Positions 49,411 to 62,475 of a stretch of DNA of 64,000 nt are shown here, piece after piece. Each line of letters begins with the position of its first letter. The first letter of the stretch is position 1. A program made the translations under genes and the position numbers. The stretch is from Ostrea edulis (lineage: Eukaryota), in assembly GCF_947568905.1 (NCBI RefSeq), contig NC_079171.1:8866001-8930000 (forward strand), given 5' to 3'. The notes below the pieces were generated by a model. It was given only the letters and a program-made list of their open reading frames with translations, ran no database searches and was not told where the DNA came from.

Positions 49411-50709
49411 GAAATCATTTGTTTTATCTACTATCAATTTAATCCTGTCAAATTTGTATCACAAGTCATTTCTCTACAGTGTTTTCAATGTTACAAAAAT
49501 GAGAACATTGTGAAACTCCCACCAAAGCCCCAAAAATCTAAGGATGGGATTTTCCCAAAATTATTAAACTCTGTCCATGCATATATCAAACAAGAAATCC
49601 CTCCCTCTTAAATAACATTATGGATTTAACATTCAGAAGCATGTCTGTGAAAAAGTACTAATTATCTGTCACACACACATACAAAAATAAAAAGCGACTA
49701 ATGCCTGAGATAAAACACAAACACGAAACATATGTAGTCCAGAACAATCTAAATAATGAATCAGTGTTAATAATCATTATCAGTAAGCATAGGCGGATCT
49801 TTCAGGGAGTAAGTATACTACCGGAAGTCAGGCACCTGGGAACTATGTGTTCTATGATAAAATTGTAAAAGGAGATTAAAACTTCCATGTTAAAACCAAA
49901 TTTTATTTACATACCAGGCATGTTCACAAGCGTTGCAAGTTTGATGCTTAGCTCTTTAGCAATATACATTTATTCCCCACCAGTAGATTTCCCATTGTTT
50001 TCAAGCGTTGTGCCTTTTTTCTCTTGGAAAATATCGATTTTGTTATAAAAACGATATCACCGTGCCCTATTTTCAATTTGGAAAAAAGAATTATTAAAAA
50101 TACACATATTAAGGTATTGCAGACTAGTATTTTGAGATTCGCAAAAACGCCTCCTTCATCCTGAATCATAGTGTTATCAAAAATGCCTACTGATGAGCGT
50201 TTAAAATGCAAGGGCAAGGGATAAATGAAGATGGAAGCCGAATCTTGTCAGATGATGTCAGCATTTTTCAACAGGTTGGTAAAATTTAAACGTGTTAATC
50301 TAAAATCGGGGTAACGAAACTGAGTCAGGTCACCGTTCAGCTGATTTAAGACAAAGATGCCAAAGAGTAAACCTTTATACCTATTGCTATATCGATCTTG
50401 TCATTGCTGCATACTAAGTAACATGTGGAAATATGTAACTACATAATATATATATATATATAATACATGTATATATAAGTTCCCCAATTTCTTCGCCCCG
50501 CTCTAAATGGATTATTAAGTGGCTGGTCATGTTTTAAAAGTATGTCCATAAACACCAGATAATATTTATCTTTTCCCCTCTTCTCTGAAAGCTTCTTATG
50601 TATCTCGGGTTTGTAATTCTTGTACAGTGAAGAGGGGTATGTGACGTGTTTCAGTAATTGTACTCCCTCCCTTTCTTTGGAACATTTTGAATAAAAAATC
50701 ATCAGATTG

Positions 50710-51038
50710 GTGGACTGGTGGACTGTTAGTCACCGAGGGCCTCTACCGTCCTTTAGCTAAGTACTTCGTTACTAGCTTGAAAATACGGATGTATATTTTA
50801 TTGCTGTGGTATAATTTAGAAATTAATTTTAGAATTAAGGATTATATCCCCCATGCATAGCTCTTATCCTTAGACGAATTTGACTCCAATGTTTGACACT
50901 ATAGTTTTCCATAAAATAACTTTTACAAAGTATAATGTTATTTCGGATGTCACAAATTTCGGTTGAGAATCACTGAAGAGATATTATGTGTCGAAATGCG
51001 CATCTGGTGCATCAAAATTGGCACCGTGTAAATTTTGC
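50710..51038 (+). mobile_element. Single 329-bp monomer of the hammerhead repeat inserted into the older repeat
   Basis: Matches the 350-bp unit; ATTG at 50706-50709 and 51039-51042; the empty site catgagATTGatcactg is seen at about 5030. Confidence 0.7.
50963..51015 (+). ncRNA. Type I minimal hammerhead ribozyme with intact core and palindromic stem III
   Basis: GAATCA/TGGTGC stem I, CTGAAGA, GATA/TGTC stem II, GAAA, ATGCGCAT palindrome, AUC; predicted cleavage after 51004. Confidence 0.78.
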
Positions 51039-52317
51039 ATTGATCACTATTTGGTCTTCCTCTGTTTAAAAAATCGTCATATGCGTAATATAATCTGATG
51101 TGTTAACTCGGATGTGAAACATCAACACCAGGTGATATTTATCTTTCCTCTCTATCAAGCTTTTTAAGTATCTCGAATGTTGTCATTCTGCTATAGTGCA
51201 TTGGGAGATCTGGGGTATTTCAATGATTACAACCCGTTCCTTTTCGTTGGAATATTTTAATTCAAAAAGGTTACATTGTCTTCAAACGAAAATCGCGATT
51301 CTCTCTTTTGGGCTGGAAACTACCTAAAGTGCAACGAATCCCATAAAAAATATACTGAACACGGATAGATTAGGATATATCTAGACATATCTAGACCAAG
51401 ATTGACGTAGAATATTTCCATCGAGGTTTTTAAAGAGGTTCGCACCTGACATTTGAAGTAATGTCAATTTTTTTTGGAAAGTGTATTTTTCATTTATGTA
51501 TTGAAGGAAAATTAGGAAATTAAACAGAAAAACTGGGGTTGCAGCGCTTGTTACTGAGATATAGTGTTCTAAACATGACCTTTTTGCACTTAAAATTTAT
51601 TCAGTTAAACTTGATTTTTCTGTTAGTGTCCACAAAACCTAAGCAACACAAATCAATCAATACATAAAATAGATACATAATAATGTCCTCTAACACTACA
51701 GATGAAAAAAGAAATTAATATCAGTAAAAGAAATAAATAATGACCTTTTTGCACTTGATATACAAAAAACTTCATGATATCAAAATTGAGAGTTTAAAAG
51801 AACATATTAGGAATAATGTCAATTTCTAAACTTTCCATAATTTTCAAGGTCTTGTCTTCCAATTTAAAATGCAACTTTAAAAAGTGGGGGTTGAAGATCA
51901 AATGTTTTAATTATTGGCGAAAATACTGATTTTTTATACAAAATTTCGAGTAATTATTTTTCTCCAAGATCAATCCAGAGGCTGATTCAAACAAAATAAA
52001 TACTGATTTTAACTTCATGCTATGTCCAAAATCAGGATGCCCTCAAAATTAAAAAATTGCGACAGCATTTGCCCATTTTAGGGACAAAGTGTGTGCCCTT
52101 TTTCTGTCTAGGTAAAACACGAACTGTTCTATTCCAAGAAGTGAAAAAATTGTCACCATGAATATTAAGGATCTTTAGCTGCCTGTCTCATCAAATAGGA
52201 TTGATATGAAATAGAGAAGTTGTAGTCCTCGTTCTGAAATCATATCAATAGACGAAATATATAGCACAATATACCCTATTCAATTTGTAGACATTGTCCA
52301 TCTATTTTCATTGAACT

Positions 52318-55130
52318 AGGTGTAAAATAACTGGTTTAAATTCGATATCGTGTTTGCTCTGCAAACATTTAAAAACGTTTTATCCTGTGTCACCAATTTA
52401 AGTCCCAGGACTCAATGAACTGAGTCATGTATTGATCATGAAAATGTAGGAATGTTCAGAAATCTTTCATTACTTCAGATTTTCTAGATCCGCCACTTCG
52501 CATGGAGTTTTTAACTTATTCTAGCCGGCTCCACCAAGTTATATTGTACAGGACATAAAATAAGAATGTCGTAATCTCTCTTCTCACTCTACAACAGAAA
52601 AATAACAAGGTAAAACTGTCGCCATGTTGGATTTTGGCCATGGACCCCAATTAGTCATTAGCGGGAATTTCTGGAGACTACCTGAAATTTCGATGGTGTT
52701 AAACGCTCTGATTTATTGTACGAAATTAAAATCTTTTTCGATCTTGATTGCAAGCTGTTTTGTGTCAAAGGTAATTCAGTATGCATGATTTCGATGCATT
52801 TACTTGTTACTTATTCGAATAGGTATATACAATTGATATTTTATAAAATTTAGAGAATGACGTGATCAGTCAATACTCCTATCCTTTCCCCGGTTTGTTT
52901 ATTCAGCAATATTTCATAACATTGTATGTAGTCGGTTATCTCTATTTTCATTAGACGATGTGACGTAGTCAACCTCGTTTAGTAGGCGTCCAATTTAGTA
53001 CGACTGTTCTCTAATTTATTACGGTATAATATACTAAAATTTAATTCTACCTATTTTCTTGAATGTTACGAATCTTACAGCTCATCTTGATAGTAATTGT
53101 TTATTGAATTAGTCTTCTCCATATTTTTATTAGATATTTAAACAAGATGAATACTGGTTTTAAGTAGGCGTAAAATTGCTGGTTTACATTCGATATTGTA
53201 TTTGGTCTGCTACCATGTAAAACGTTTTATCCTAGGTCATCAATTCAAACCCTGAGATGGAATTAAATGAACCATGTACTCATAATCAAACTGTAGGAAT
53301 GCTAAGAAATATTTCTTTTCTTCAAATTTTTTGGATCCGTACCTCCATGGGGTTTTTCAATCATTTTTAGCCGGTAGCACGAAGTCATAATGTACACAGT
53401 ATTTTGTGGATTAAATCCTATTGTTGCTATTTGTTTTATTGCTAAACAATAAAAATGAATATTTCATGTTTAGATGAGTAGGTGTTTATCGTTACATGTT
53501 AGTTGCTTAGATTTGTAGGTTTACACTGTTATATATTTAACGTGTAGGTGTTTACCGTTACATATTTCCCGTTTAGATGTGTAGGTATACACCGTTACAT
53601 GTTTGTTGGTTAGATGTGTAGGTGTTTTCCGTTGCATGTTTCATGTTTAGATGTGTAAGTGTTTACAGTTACATATTTCATGTTTAGATGTGTAAGTGTT
53701 TACAGTTACATGTTTCATGTTTATATGTGTAAGTGTTTACAGTTACATGTTTCATGTTTAGATGTGTAGGTGTTTACCGTTACATGTGTCATGTTTATAT
53801 TTGTAGGTGTTTACAGTTACATATGTCATGTTTAGATGTGTAGGTGTTTACAGTTACATATGTCATGTTTAGATGTGTAGGTGTTTACAGTTACATATGT
53901 CATGTTTAGATGTGTAGGTGTTTACAGTTACATATGTCATGTTTATATTTGTAGGTGTTTACAGTTACATATGTCATGTTTATATTTGTAGGTGTTTACA
54001 GTTACATATGTCATGTTTATATTTGTAGGTGTTTACAGTTACATATGTCATGTTTATATTTGTAGGTGTTTACAGTTACAGATGTCATGTTTATATTTGT
54101 AGGTGTTTACAGTTACAGATGTCATGTTTATATTTGTAGGTGTTTACAGTTACATATGTCATGTTTATATTTGTAGGTGTTTACAGTTACATATGTCATG
54201 TTTATATTTGTAGGTGTTTACAGTTACATATGTCATGTTTATATTTGTAGGTGTTTACAGTTACATATGTCATGTTTATATTTGTAGGTGTTTACAGTTA
54301 CATATGTCATGTTTATATTTGTAGGTGTTTACAGTTACATATGTCATGTTTAGATGTGTAGGTGTTTACAGTTACATATGTCATGTTTAGATGTGTAGGT
54401 GTTTACAGTTACATATGTCATGTTTAGATGTGTAGGTGTTTACAGTTACATATGTCATGTTTAGATGTGTAGTGGTACACTGTTAGGTACACTGTTACAT
54501 CTACTAACAAGCGTACCTGTACACGAGTCAACAAATACACAGACAGGACATGATGGTTCATCAAATGATTTATATTGCTTATTTTATATACATGTATAGA
54601 AAATTAGAAAAATCGTCATTTTTCTTCTCTCTCTAAAACAGAAACATAACAAGGTAAAACAGTCGCCATCTTGGATTTTTGCCATCAACACCAATTACTC
54701 ATTAGCCAGAATATCTAAAGACTACGTGTAATTTTGATGACATCAAACGCTCTAATTTATTGTATGAAATTAAAATCTTTTTCTATTTTGATTGTAAACC
54801 ATTTTGTATCCACGCCATTTCAGTATGCATGATTTCGATGCATTGACTTGTAAATTGTCACTTACTCAAATAGGTGTACGCAATTGATATATCACAAAAT
54901 TTAGATAATAACCTGATCAGTCAACACTCTTATCCTTCCCCGGTTTGTTTATTCAGCAATATTTGATCAGATTGTATGTAGTCGGTTATCTTTATTTTCA
55001 CGAGACGATGTTACGTAGTCAACCTCGTTTAGTAGGCGTCCTATTTAGGACGCTGTTCTCAAATGTACTACAGAATAATTGACTACAATTTTCAGTTTAA
55101 CAATTTTCTTGATTTTAACGAATTTTACAA
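52318..55130 (+). repeat. Diverged tandem duplication of an about 800-bp unit (52318-53100, and 53165-55130 with a 1.2-kb insertion)
   Basis: Shared aaaacgttttatcct, ataacaaggtaaaac.gtcgccat.ttggattt and gtagtcaacctcgtttagtaggcgtcc. Confidence 0.75.
53478..54472. repeat. 37-bp minisatellite, about 27 copies
   Basis: Unit gtgtttacagttacatatgtcatgttta(g/t)at(g/t)tgtag. Confidence 0.95.
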
Positions 55131-56629
55131 CCTACCTACCACCAGATAATGACAGACAATTTTATTACAGTGAAATTGGATGTGAAAAATGTCTGTTTAG
55201 ATTTTGAAAATGGCTATAAAATCAATGATTTTTCATTTGTTTACTTGTATCCATCCACGCTCATTGGTGGTTGTGTGATGATGATTTCTTCCTACAATAT
55301 ATGTTCTCTAGATAAGAGAGAAGTAATTTCATTAGTATTGTTTTAAGAATTGTCCTATACAAGAACGAAAGTCGTTCACATCATGTACGCAATCTAGTAA
55401 CTACACGTGTATTGCTTGTTAATGATCTCTAGAAGGATTCCACGAAGAATCGCTATCCCAGCTCTTCCGTCAGGATAAATGCTAGTGTTTACAAACGTAT
55501 ACACGCCATAGATTGCTGATAGTGACAATTGTTTAAAAGTTATCGTCATTTTTTAAATATATCTAACTTTCATTTTGATCATTCCACTAGCAAATAAGGT
55601 AAACATAAATTTGACAGGATATCTATCGAGGTCGTTTGAATGATTTATAAATATTCCAACAAAAGCCACGTCTGTATAGTGCGCGTATCAGTTCATCTAG
55701 GTTATTTCAGTCTCGTGTAAATATTTGTTAATGGTTGCATTGTTTGCTCCAATCGACGTTATGTTGAGATTGTTTTCAGTTTGAAAGTTCAAGAACGTGG
55801 CTTTAAGGGAAAATGATAGCTTAAAATAATTTCTTATTAAATTTATATACTTATATATAAATGTTTTTATAATGTTTAAAAAACATATATATCATACAAT
55901 ATTCCCATGGAACTCCTTAATTTTTGCATTATTCACAACTCTGTATTTGAAAATTCAATGGAAAACTTTAACAAAAATGAAATCGTATCAAAGTACATCT
56001 TTTTATTCATGTATGAGATGTGAAGATAACGATCAATGATCATTCTCATTTTGTATAAGCAATGCACTATAGAGAGTTGGGCAAACACTTATTCCTGGAT
56101 ATACCAGATGTGCGATCAGGTGCCTAGGAGGAGTAAGCATATACGTTAATTGAGAGTCTTGCTTTTCCGATGGTGAAATCAGGCTTTACATGAAATGCCT
56201 ATTGGAGCCATTCTAAATATGAAATGTACGCATGTAAATTGTCCGCCGTTTATTATTGGGTAGCTGCAGGTCTGAAGCTCTCTCAAAATATTTAAACAGA
56301 TCAGACATGGTTACATCAACAAATGAAATCCTTTGAAGCTGTGAGTTTTCATGTTGCATGTGACTTTATTGAATATTTGAAGATATGTTTGGACTCAAGT
56401 ATAGCAGGATAAAATGTTTAGATTTTTATATTAAATTTATGAGACAACAGAGCAACAACAAAAAACCCAGCGATATAAAGCATCAACCATACGCATTTTT
56501 CGCGTGGTAATTCGAAGGGTTTAATCTGTAGCTCTCTGATATTTCCCAATATCTTTTTTCAGAGAGCTGTATAGCTCTGTAACAAATTATTAGGGAGCTC
56601 CTATATTTTGAAAATAGAGTGTACTTCAA

Positions 56630-56771
56630 GATTTAGTATTTCTAATATTTTAATATAGATACCTTTACTGTCAACCACGTGTCATTATTGTTATTCTAGT
56701 CTTTATATTTGATAGAATTTAAACCTTAACAAAATGAAATTAGGCTTATTTTTGTACGCATAGGTTTCCAT
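56630..56771 (+). promoter_or_regulatory. 5' half of a TRIM upstream module, cut by the 7-kb transposon
   Basis: ttgatagaatttaaaccttaacaaaatgaaatt...cataggTTTCCAT matches 24591-24655. Confidence 0.7.
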
Positions 56772-58170
56772 TAGCATTGTTGAAAGCATAATTTCTGTAA
56801 ACCCAACTGCTCAATTACGCATCTTGACACGTTCCCTACACTATCAGAGTATTTGATTGGTGGATATTCTTAACGTTATGACCTTGAACTCATTGTAAGT
56901 GAAAATTTTCCCGGGAAAAAGTCAAAAGACATGGTAAGTAAGGGCAATCGAATTTTTGTCAGATTTTCTTTTCGACTTCAATGATCGACTACACAAATAT
57001 GAAGGTGATATAGCATAAGTTTAATCTCCAAACTACAGATATAATGAAGATGAAGTATTTCGACATAAAATAATTTAAAACGTCCGTAACTCTCATGCAC
57101 CCCTACACCGGAGGTTTGGTCGGAGGAAATCCGTGGGCAAATCGTCGTGTACTTAACCATCCCAAAAAATGTCTTATAAAACCCTAGAACACATCTACAG
57201 TCGATTGCGATTTATATTCGCTTTATTATAAATTTTCATGACATCGAATATTCTGTTCCTATCATTATCATTATGACCTGAAACTACTATAAATATGTTT
57301 GTTTTTTTCCTGTTCTGTTCAAATAAGTTTATAATTTGATTATGATATACTCTCCATTAATTTGGAGGAAATAAAGAATATCTTATCTTATCTTATTGCT
57401 CAATTTTGCAGTAGAATAATAGAAAAATTTGACTATGTCACAATTGAATCCTAATAATTAATTATTAAAGGAAAAGGTGCTATAATTGTTTAATATTTTA
57501 GATTGTAGGAGAAGATTCTGACACGCAAGAGCCAAACAGAGTCAGTTGATGTGCAGTTCAAAGGTAGAAAGCATTTTTCTTTTGAACTAGATTCTGATTC
57601 AGGTTCACAGAGTATATTGCGTCCCCATAAAAGGAAAAAAGTGTTTGAAAGTTGACATCAGCACTCAGACCGTTGGGAATCCCATTCAGAGTGTATGTTC
57701 AGAAAATATATATACTGAACATGTATGTCCCAGCGAAAGAGATTCGAATTGCAAACAAATTCAAACTTTGATCACATACAATAACAAACAAGAACTTGTA
57801 TCACATGTGGACAAACAATCACAGACACTTGTAACAGGAACATTGGGGACAAATACAAGTGGACTGTTTATGGGTAGAGTTGTGGTTTCCCAATTTCCAA
57901 ATTAAAAAAAATACACGAAGTGTTGTTTCTGGAACTGTCCTATTAAGAAGTGATTGCTTGTATTTTGACAATTAGTTCTGTAGACATTATTGGCAGTGGC
58001 ATATCATTCAAACAATGGATTCATTGAAAAACATTGGTTTAAATAAAGATAACCTTGAAAATGAAAATGAAGAATTGCCTAGACTCAATCAGAGTTTGTT
58101 ACTCAATATACATATTATTGACTTGTTTAGATACATGTACACGAAAGAGAAGGAAAGAGAAATTTCATGA

Positions 58171-60851
58171 ATGATTAATGTTTTAGGCAGATTGACTGGA
58201 TTAGAAGTTAGTAAAGAGGCACTTACTACCAAAATGTATAGAGTAATAAAGAATGATAATAAGCATAGAGGGACTCAAAGGAATGATTTCAGGAATTTGC
58301 GTTTTTCGAATTCGACAGCTACGTCCGTTATGAAAGTACAGCTGGAACATCAATCATATCCAGAACAGATGACAAGTTATGTTAAAGAGGTTGAAAAAAA
58401 AAACAAGCTTTTGTGCGAAAAAAAAGGAAAAGAATAAGTTTTCTTTCTGAGGAAAATAAAAAGCTAAAGCGCAAGTTGGATAGAGGAATGGATAGTAAAG
58501 AAAAAAATGAAGAAATTGAAAGTTGATCTTAAAGAGTCGCAAAAACAAACCAAAAATATTAAAAAAAAAGTCCGCCAAACTTTTAAACAAAGGCTTCAAA
58601 AATTAAAGGTAACTAATCAATTGAACGTTTCATATAAGAAGTATAAGGAAAGTATGAAACATAGTAAAGTCATAGAGGAAAAATTGAAGGCCTTGGAATT
58701 GAACATAAATGTTTTAAAAGAAGACTTTGGTAAAGGAACCATCAAGGATCAATTAGATCATTTAGAGACAGAGAACAATAAATTGAAGGACAGTAATGCT
58801 GAAATGGAAAGTAGTGTGCAATACCTAGAAACTGTATTAGCTGATAGTGATAGTAGTGACAGGAATTTAGTCCTTTTTGATAAAATGAAAAGGGAATATA
58901 CAAATGATGCTGTGAAATGTATCATGAATTTGACTGACTTGAAGGTTGCAAGTAAAAAGGTTCTACCTGTAATCAATGAAGTTGCAACGATGTGTGGGAA
59001 AGTACCAAATAAGCTCCCATCTCGTCCTACAGTTGACTCGATAGTGGACAGGAAAGTATCAATTGCAAAAAAACAACTTGCGTGTGAAGTGAAAGACAAA
59101 CCTAATACTACGCTCTACACGGATGAAACGTGTAAATATGGGACGACAATGCAATCATACATCATTACAGATGAGAAGCAAAACTCATTGGTTATGGGTC
59201 TAAGAGAAATGTTTAATAAGAACGGTACATGTACATTGGATACATTTCGTGAAATTATTCATGATATCAACTCTATGTGACAAAAGCGATAATAGTAATG
59301 TTGGACTCCAAATCCTTAAAAACATTCAAAATATTATGTCGGATCGAGCCAGCACAGAAAAGAACTTTAATAAACTACTAGATGAATACCGTAGTGATAT
59401 TTTGTCACAAATCATTGAAAATTGGAATCAACTCAATGAATAACTTCTTTTGTGGACTCCATTTATTTGTTGGAATGGCTGATGTAGCCGAAGAGTCACT
59501 CAAGAAGTTTGAAAGGAATTTTTTAGATGGGAAAGCAATAGGATCTGGTGCATTGCCAGAACTTAAAATGTTTCATCGACAAGAAAGTGGAACATTAAGA
59601 CTATTGAGGACCTCATCTAAAGCGTTTACTGTTGGAGAGGACGAGGAAAATGGTGTAAGCTTGTTTTGGAAAACTCACCTTAGTGAGAAAAAAGAGAACA
59701 ACTTTATATTGCGCTTTAAGCATAACCGTTTTATCTTCATTTTTCTTCTCGGTCAAACAGTGTTTTATCACCGCAGTGACATCATCCATTTCCTGGACAA
59801 CATTGAAGGTACCCAAAACAATCTTATCAAAGCTGTAAATATTGATATCAAGGAAGATTTATATGCTGCAGGTGCCAGAACTCTGGGTTTGAAATCTAAG
59901 TTTGTCACCGCACCATTATGACGACTTCTGGAATCGTCAGGACATATCTTAGATATGAATCTTCATTTCCAAACTCTCATGCGATTTCTTAGATCTGCAA
60001 CGGAAGATGCTACTATCACAGTAGAGTTTATCCATGGGTAAATGATTCCATTTGATGTGTCAGACATAGAAGATTATGTGAAGAGGAGGCTTACTTCGGA
60101 TGATGATACAACAAGTGACCTTCTTATTCCAATTCTGCAATGCATCTTCAGAGGATTACACACTTGACTGTGTAGGCTCATACCTGAGCATTTGCCAGGT
60201 GGGATCTTCGACAAACCATTACATGAGCTTGTCCAAATGACAAAATCTGTGATGAAACACAATAAATTGCCAGAATATTTGTTTGGTCAGTTAGATCAAC
60301 TGATGCCATATAGACCAAATGCTACCATTTTAACCAATGAGTCATTTATAATGTACTCGCATAATACAACAAGATCATGGTTAGACAGTTTAAGTGCAGA
60401 GGAACAAAACAAACTGTTAACTGACTCAAAGAAGGAGGGTAGAGCCATTCGTCTTCCATTTCAACAACGCATTTTGGAAATCAAAATGAAACGTCAAGAG
60501 CAGTTGAAGAAACAAGAAGAATTAGAACGCTTGGAGCGAGTAAGGGTACAGAAAAATGAGTCTTTGACAAACTTAATTTGTTATTACGGACTTCGGCAAT
60601 CAATTGCTGAAATTGATGAGGGTTTAGACAGATTACCAAGTGATGTGGAAAGAAGGAAAGCACTAGCAACTCATTTGAAATTTAGGAAAAGTATTCTGAA
60701 GCAAAAACACCCTGAAAAGGAAATATATAATTTCTCAAGGAGGCTTCCAACCGGGATATACGAGAAACTCTCGACCAATGGTTTGAATTCAAACTTGTTG
60801 GAATTAGTGAGAAACACATTACGTTCACCTACGCATGATATTGCATATTAA
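58171..60851 (+). pseudogene. Fragmented DDE transposase (CxxH-containing, hAT/P/MULE/Kolobok group)
   Basis: ORFs 58171, 58507, 59249, 59382 and 60192 joined by stops and frameshifts; motifs TLYTDET, MSDRASTEK, FFCGLH and HNKLPE.LFGQLD. Confidence 0.75.
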
Positions 60852-60854
60852 GGG

Positions 60855-61049
60855 ATGCCATTATTAGTCAACAAACGCATCGAACATAAATTCACAGATG
60901 GCACATACAATGGAAAAGTAATATAAGATGTGCCAGAATTCCCTCATTGGTACAATGTGCAATACACAAATGATGAGGTCATCTATGCTTATTATCTTTT
61001 TGAAGACGTTAAGAAAGGTGACCTGAAAATTCTCATTGAAAAAGATTAG
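60855..61049 (+). pseudogene. Spin/Ssty (Spindlin Tudor-like) domain in frame at the transposase C-terminus
   Basis: Own translation: MPLLVNKRIEHKFTDGTYNGKVI*DVPEFPHWYNVQYTNDEVIYAYYLFEDVKKGDLKILIEKD*; resembles Spindlin repeats ([29 protein letters not shown]). Confidence 0.65.
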
Positions 61050-61805
61050 ACATAAGTTAGTTGGCAATATGTCCACAGTATGCATTGGTTTATATATAAG
61101 TATGTAAATATGTATATACATTTGCACTTGAATAATGCTGTACAAGATTTTTCAGACAATATTTCTTGAAATGTTTTAAAGATGGAGGTTACTGCTATTT
61201 CTTTGTAAGTTTTTATTCAAAATTCCTGTTCAGAGTTCAGGGTTCTTTAACAACCTAGTTCATATTTATTAGATCTCTTCATTTTTGTTCCTGCTGATTG
61301 AATGCATTTTGTTTCAATGCTCAGCATAGACCAAGGTTAAATTGGTTACCTGGATAGCAACACAAAGACTATTGGATTTGCTCATTTGTCTCAATTGCAT
61401 TTTATTTATCAAAAGTGGGGGGGTGCAAATATGCTGGACATTATCGTATTGCCTAGTTGGAGAAAGGAAACAATTTTGACTTATAATTTGGATTTTTGAT
61501 GTGTTGGTATCCCACTTAATTTTAGCCTAAAGAAAGTGAACATGCAAATGTGACAAAGGGTTTTTAATTTGTCATTTTGATGCATATAATGAATTCTGAA
61601 AATCACTAAGATGAAGCTTTCTTCAGTAGGGAGATATTTTATAAAGATTAACCAATCTTTTCAATGCTTGGGGGCTGCCATGTTGAACAAAATATTACAT
61701 CCCTGCTGGGTTATTTCTTATCATCCACTAGAGGGCAGCACTGAAGCTGACATTAGTAGGACACATTGTGTGTATTTTTGGCACATTGTAAGCATCAACG
61801 TTAAA

Positions 61806-62475
61806 ATGGCATCAGCAGAGAGTGAATTAGATATGGGATATCAGGTTGAACCTGATGTTACAGAGGAAGAAGTTGCTTCTCAGAATAATGGTTCTTCACC
61901 AGCAGTTGATTTTAATGAGAGGTTAATTTTCCTTGATTGATGTAATTGTGGAAATTGTACAATGTAACTATGTACATTCAAGGGGTGTCTTTATTGTCAT
62001 GAGTTTGAATATTATGTGTCAGCTAGATTGCATAAATATACACCTAATGTGCAGTTCTCTTCACCCATATCTTAAGACTGTGTGTCGAAGTCCTGTTATA
62101 ATTGATACAGCTTACATTTATCCTTGGATTTAATATGTATCCAGAGAGGGGTCTCAGAGGACCTGGTTAACAACTTATTAAACAAGTAAGAAAAACACGA
62201 AAATGAAAAATACCTTCTGTATCCACATGTATTAAAATCTTAACACAACATGGCATTTGTGTGTAAACATTTCCAACACATGTGATAGAATACAGTAACA
62301 ATTCTGTCGCAGACATGCTATCAAGGTTTATGGCCTACAGACAGCTTATCAACTAGGTCAAACGCGGTCAGCCTCTTGGGGAAAAAATCAGAGTAGTTTT
62401 ACCATCATTTAATTGTTATAACATAAATTAAGGGAGCATTTCCAAAAGAGCACCGCAATTATGTAGGATTTCTTT
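61806..62475 (+). pseudogene. Degenerate P2X7 C-terminal ballast-like / KolX-like gene
   Basis: D*CNCGNC, HPYLKTVC, RFMAYRQL, RVVLPS and EHFP...YVGF; probable intron about 62186-62310 (gtaag...gcag). Confidence 0.6.

Larger units (their letters stand above)
50144..51430 (+). repeat. Second copy of the 4436-5640 repeat
   Basis: Colinear matches as described for 4436-5640. Confidence 0.8.

Noticed and set aside
51424-52200. Possible TTAA-flanked (Kolobok-like) element starting ttaaagaggttcgcacc
   Set aside because: I could not find a matching right terminus, so boundaries are unsupported
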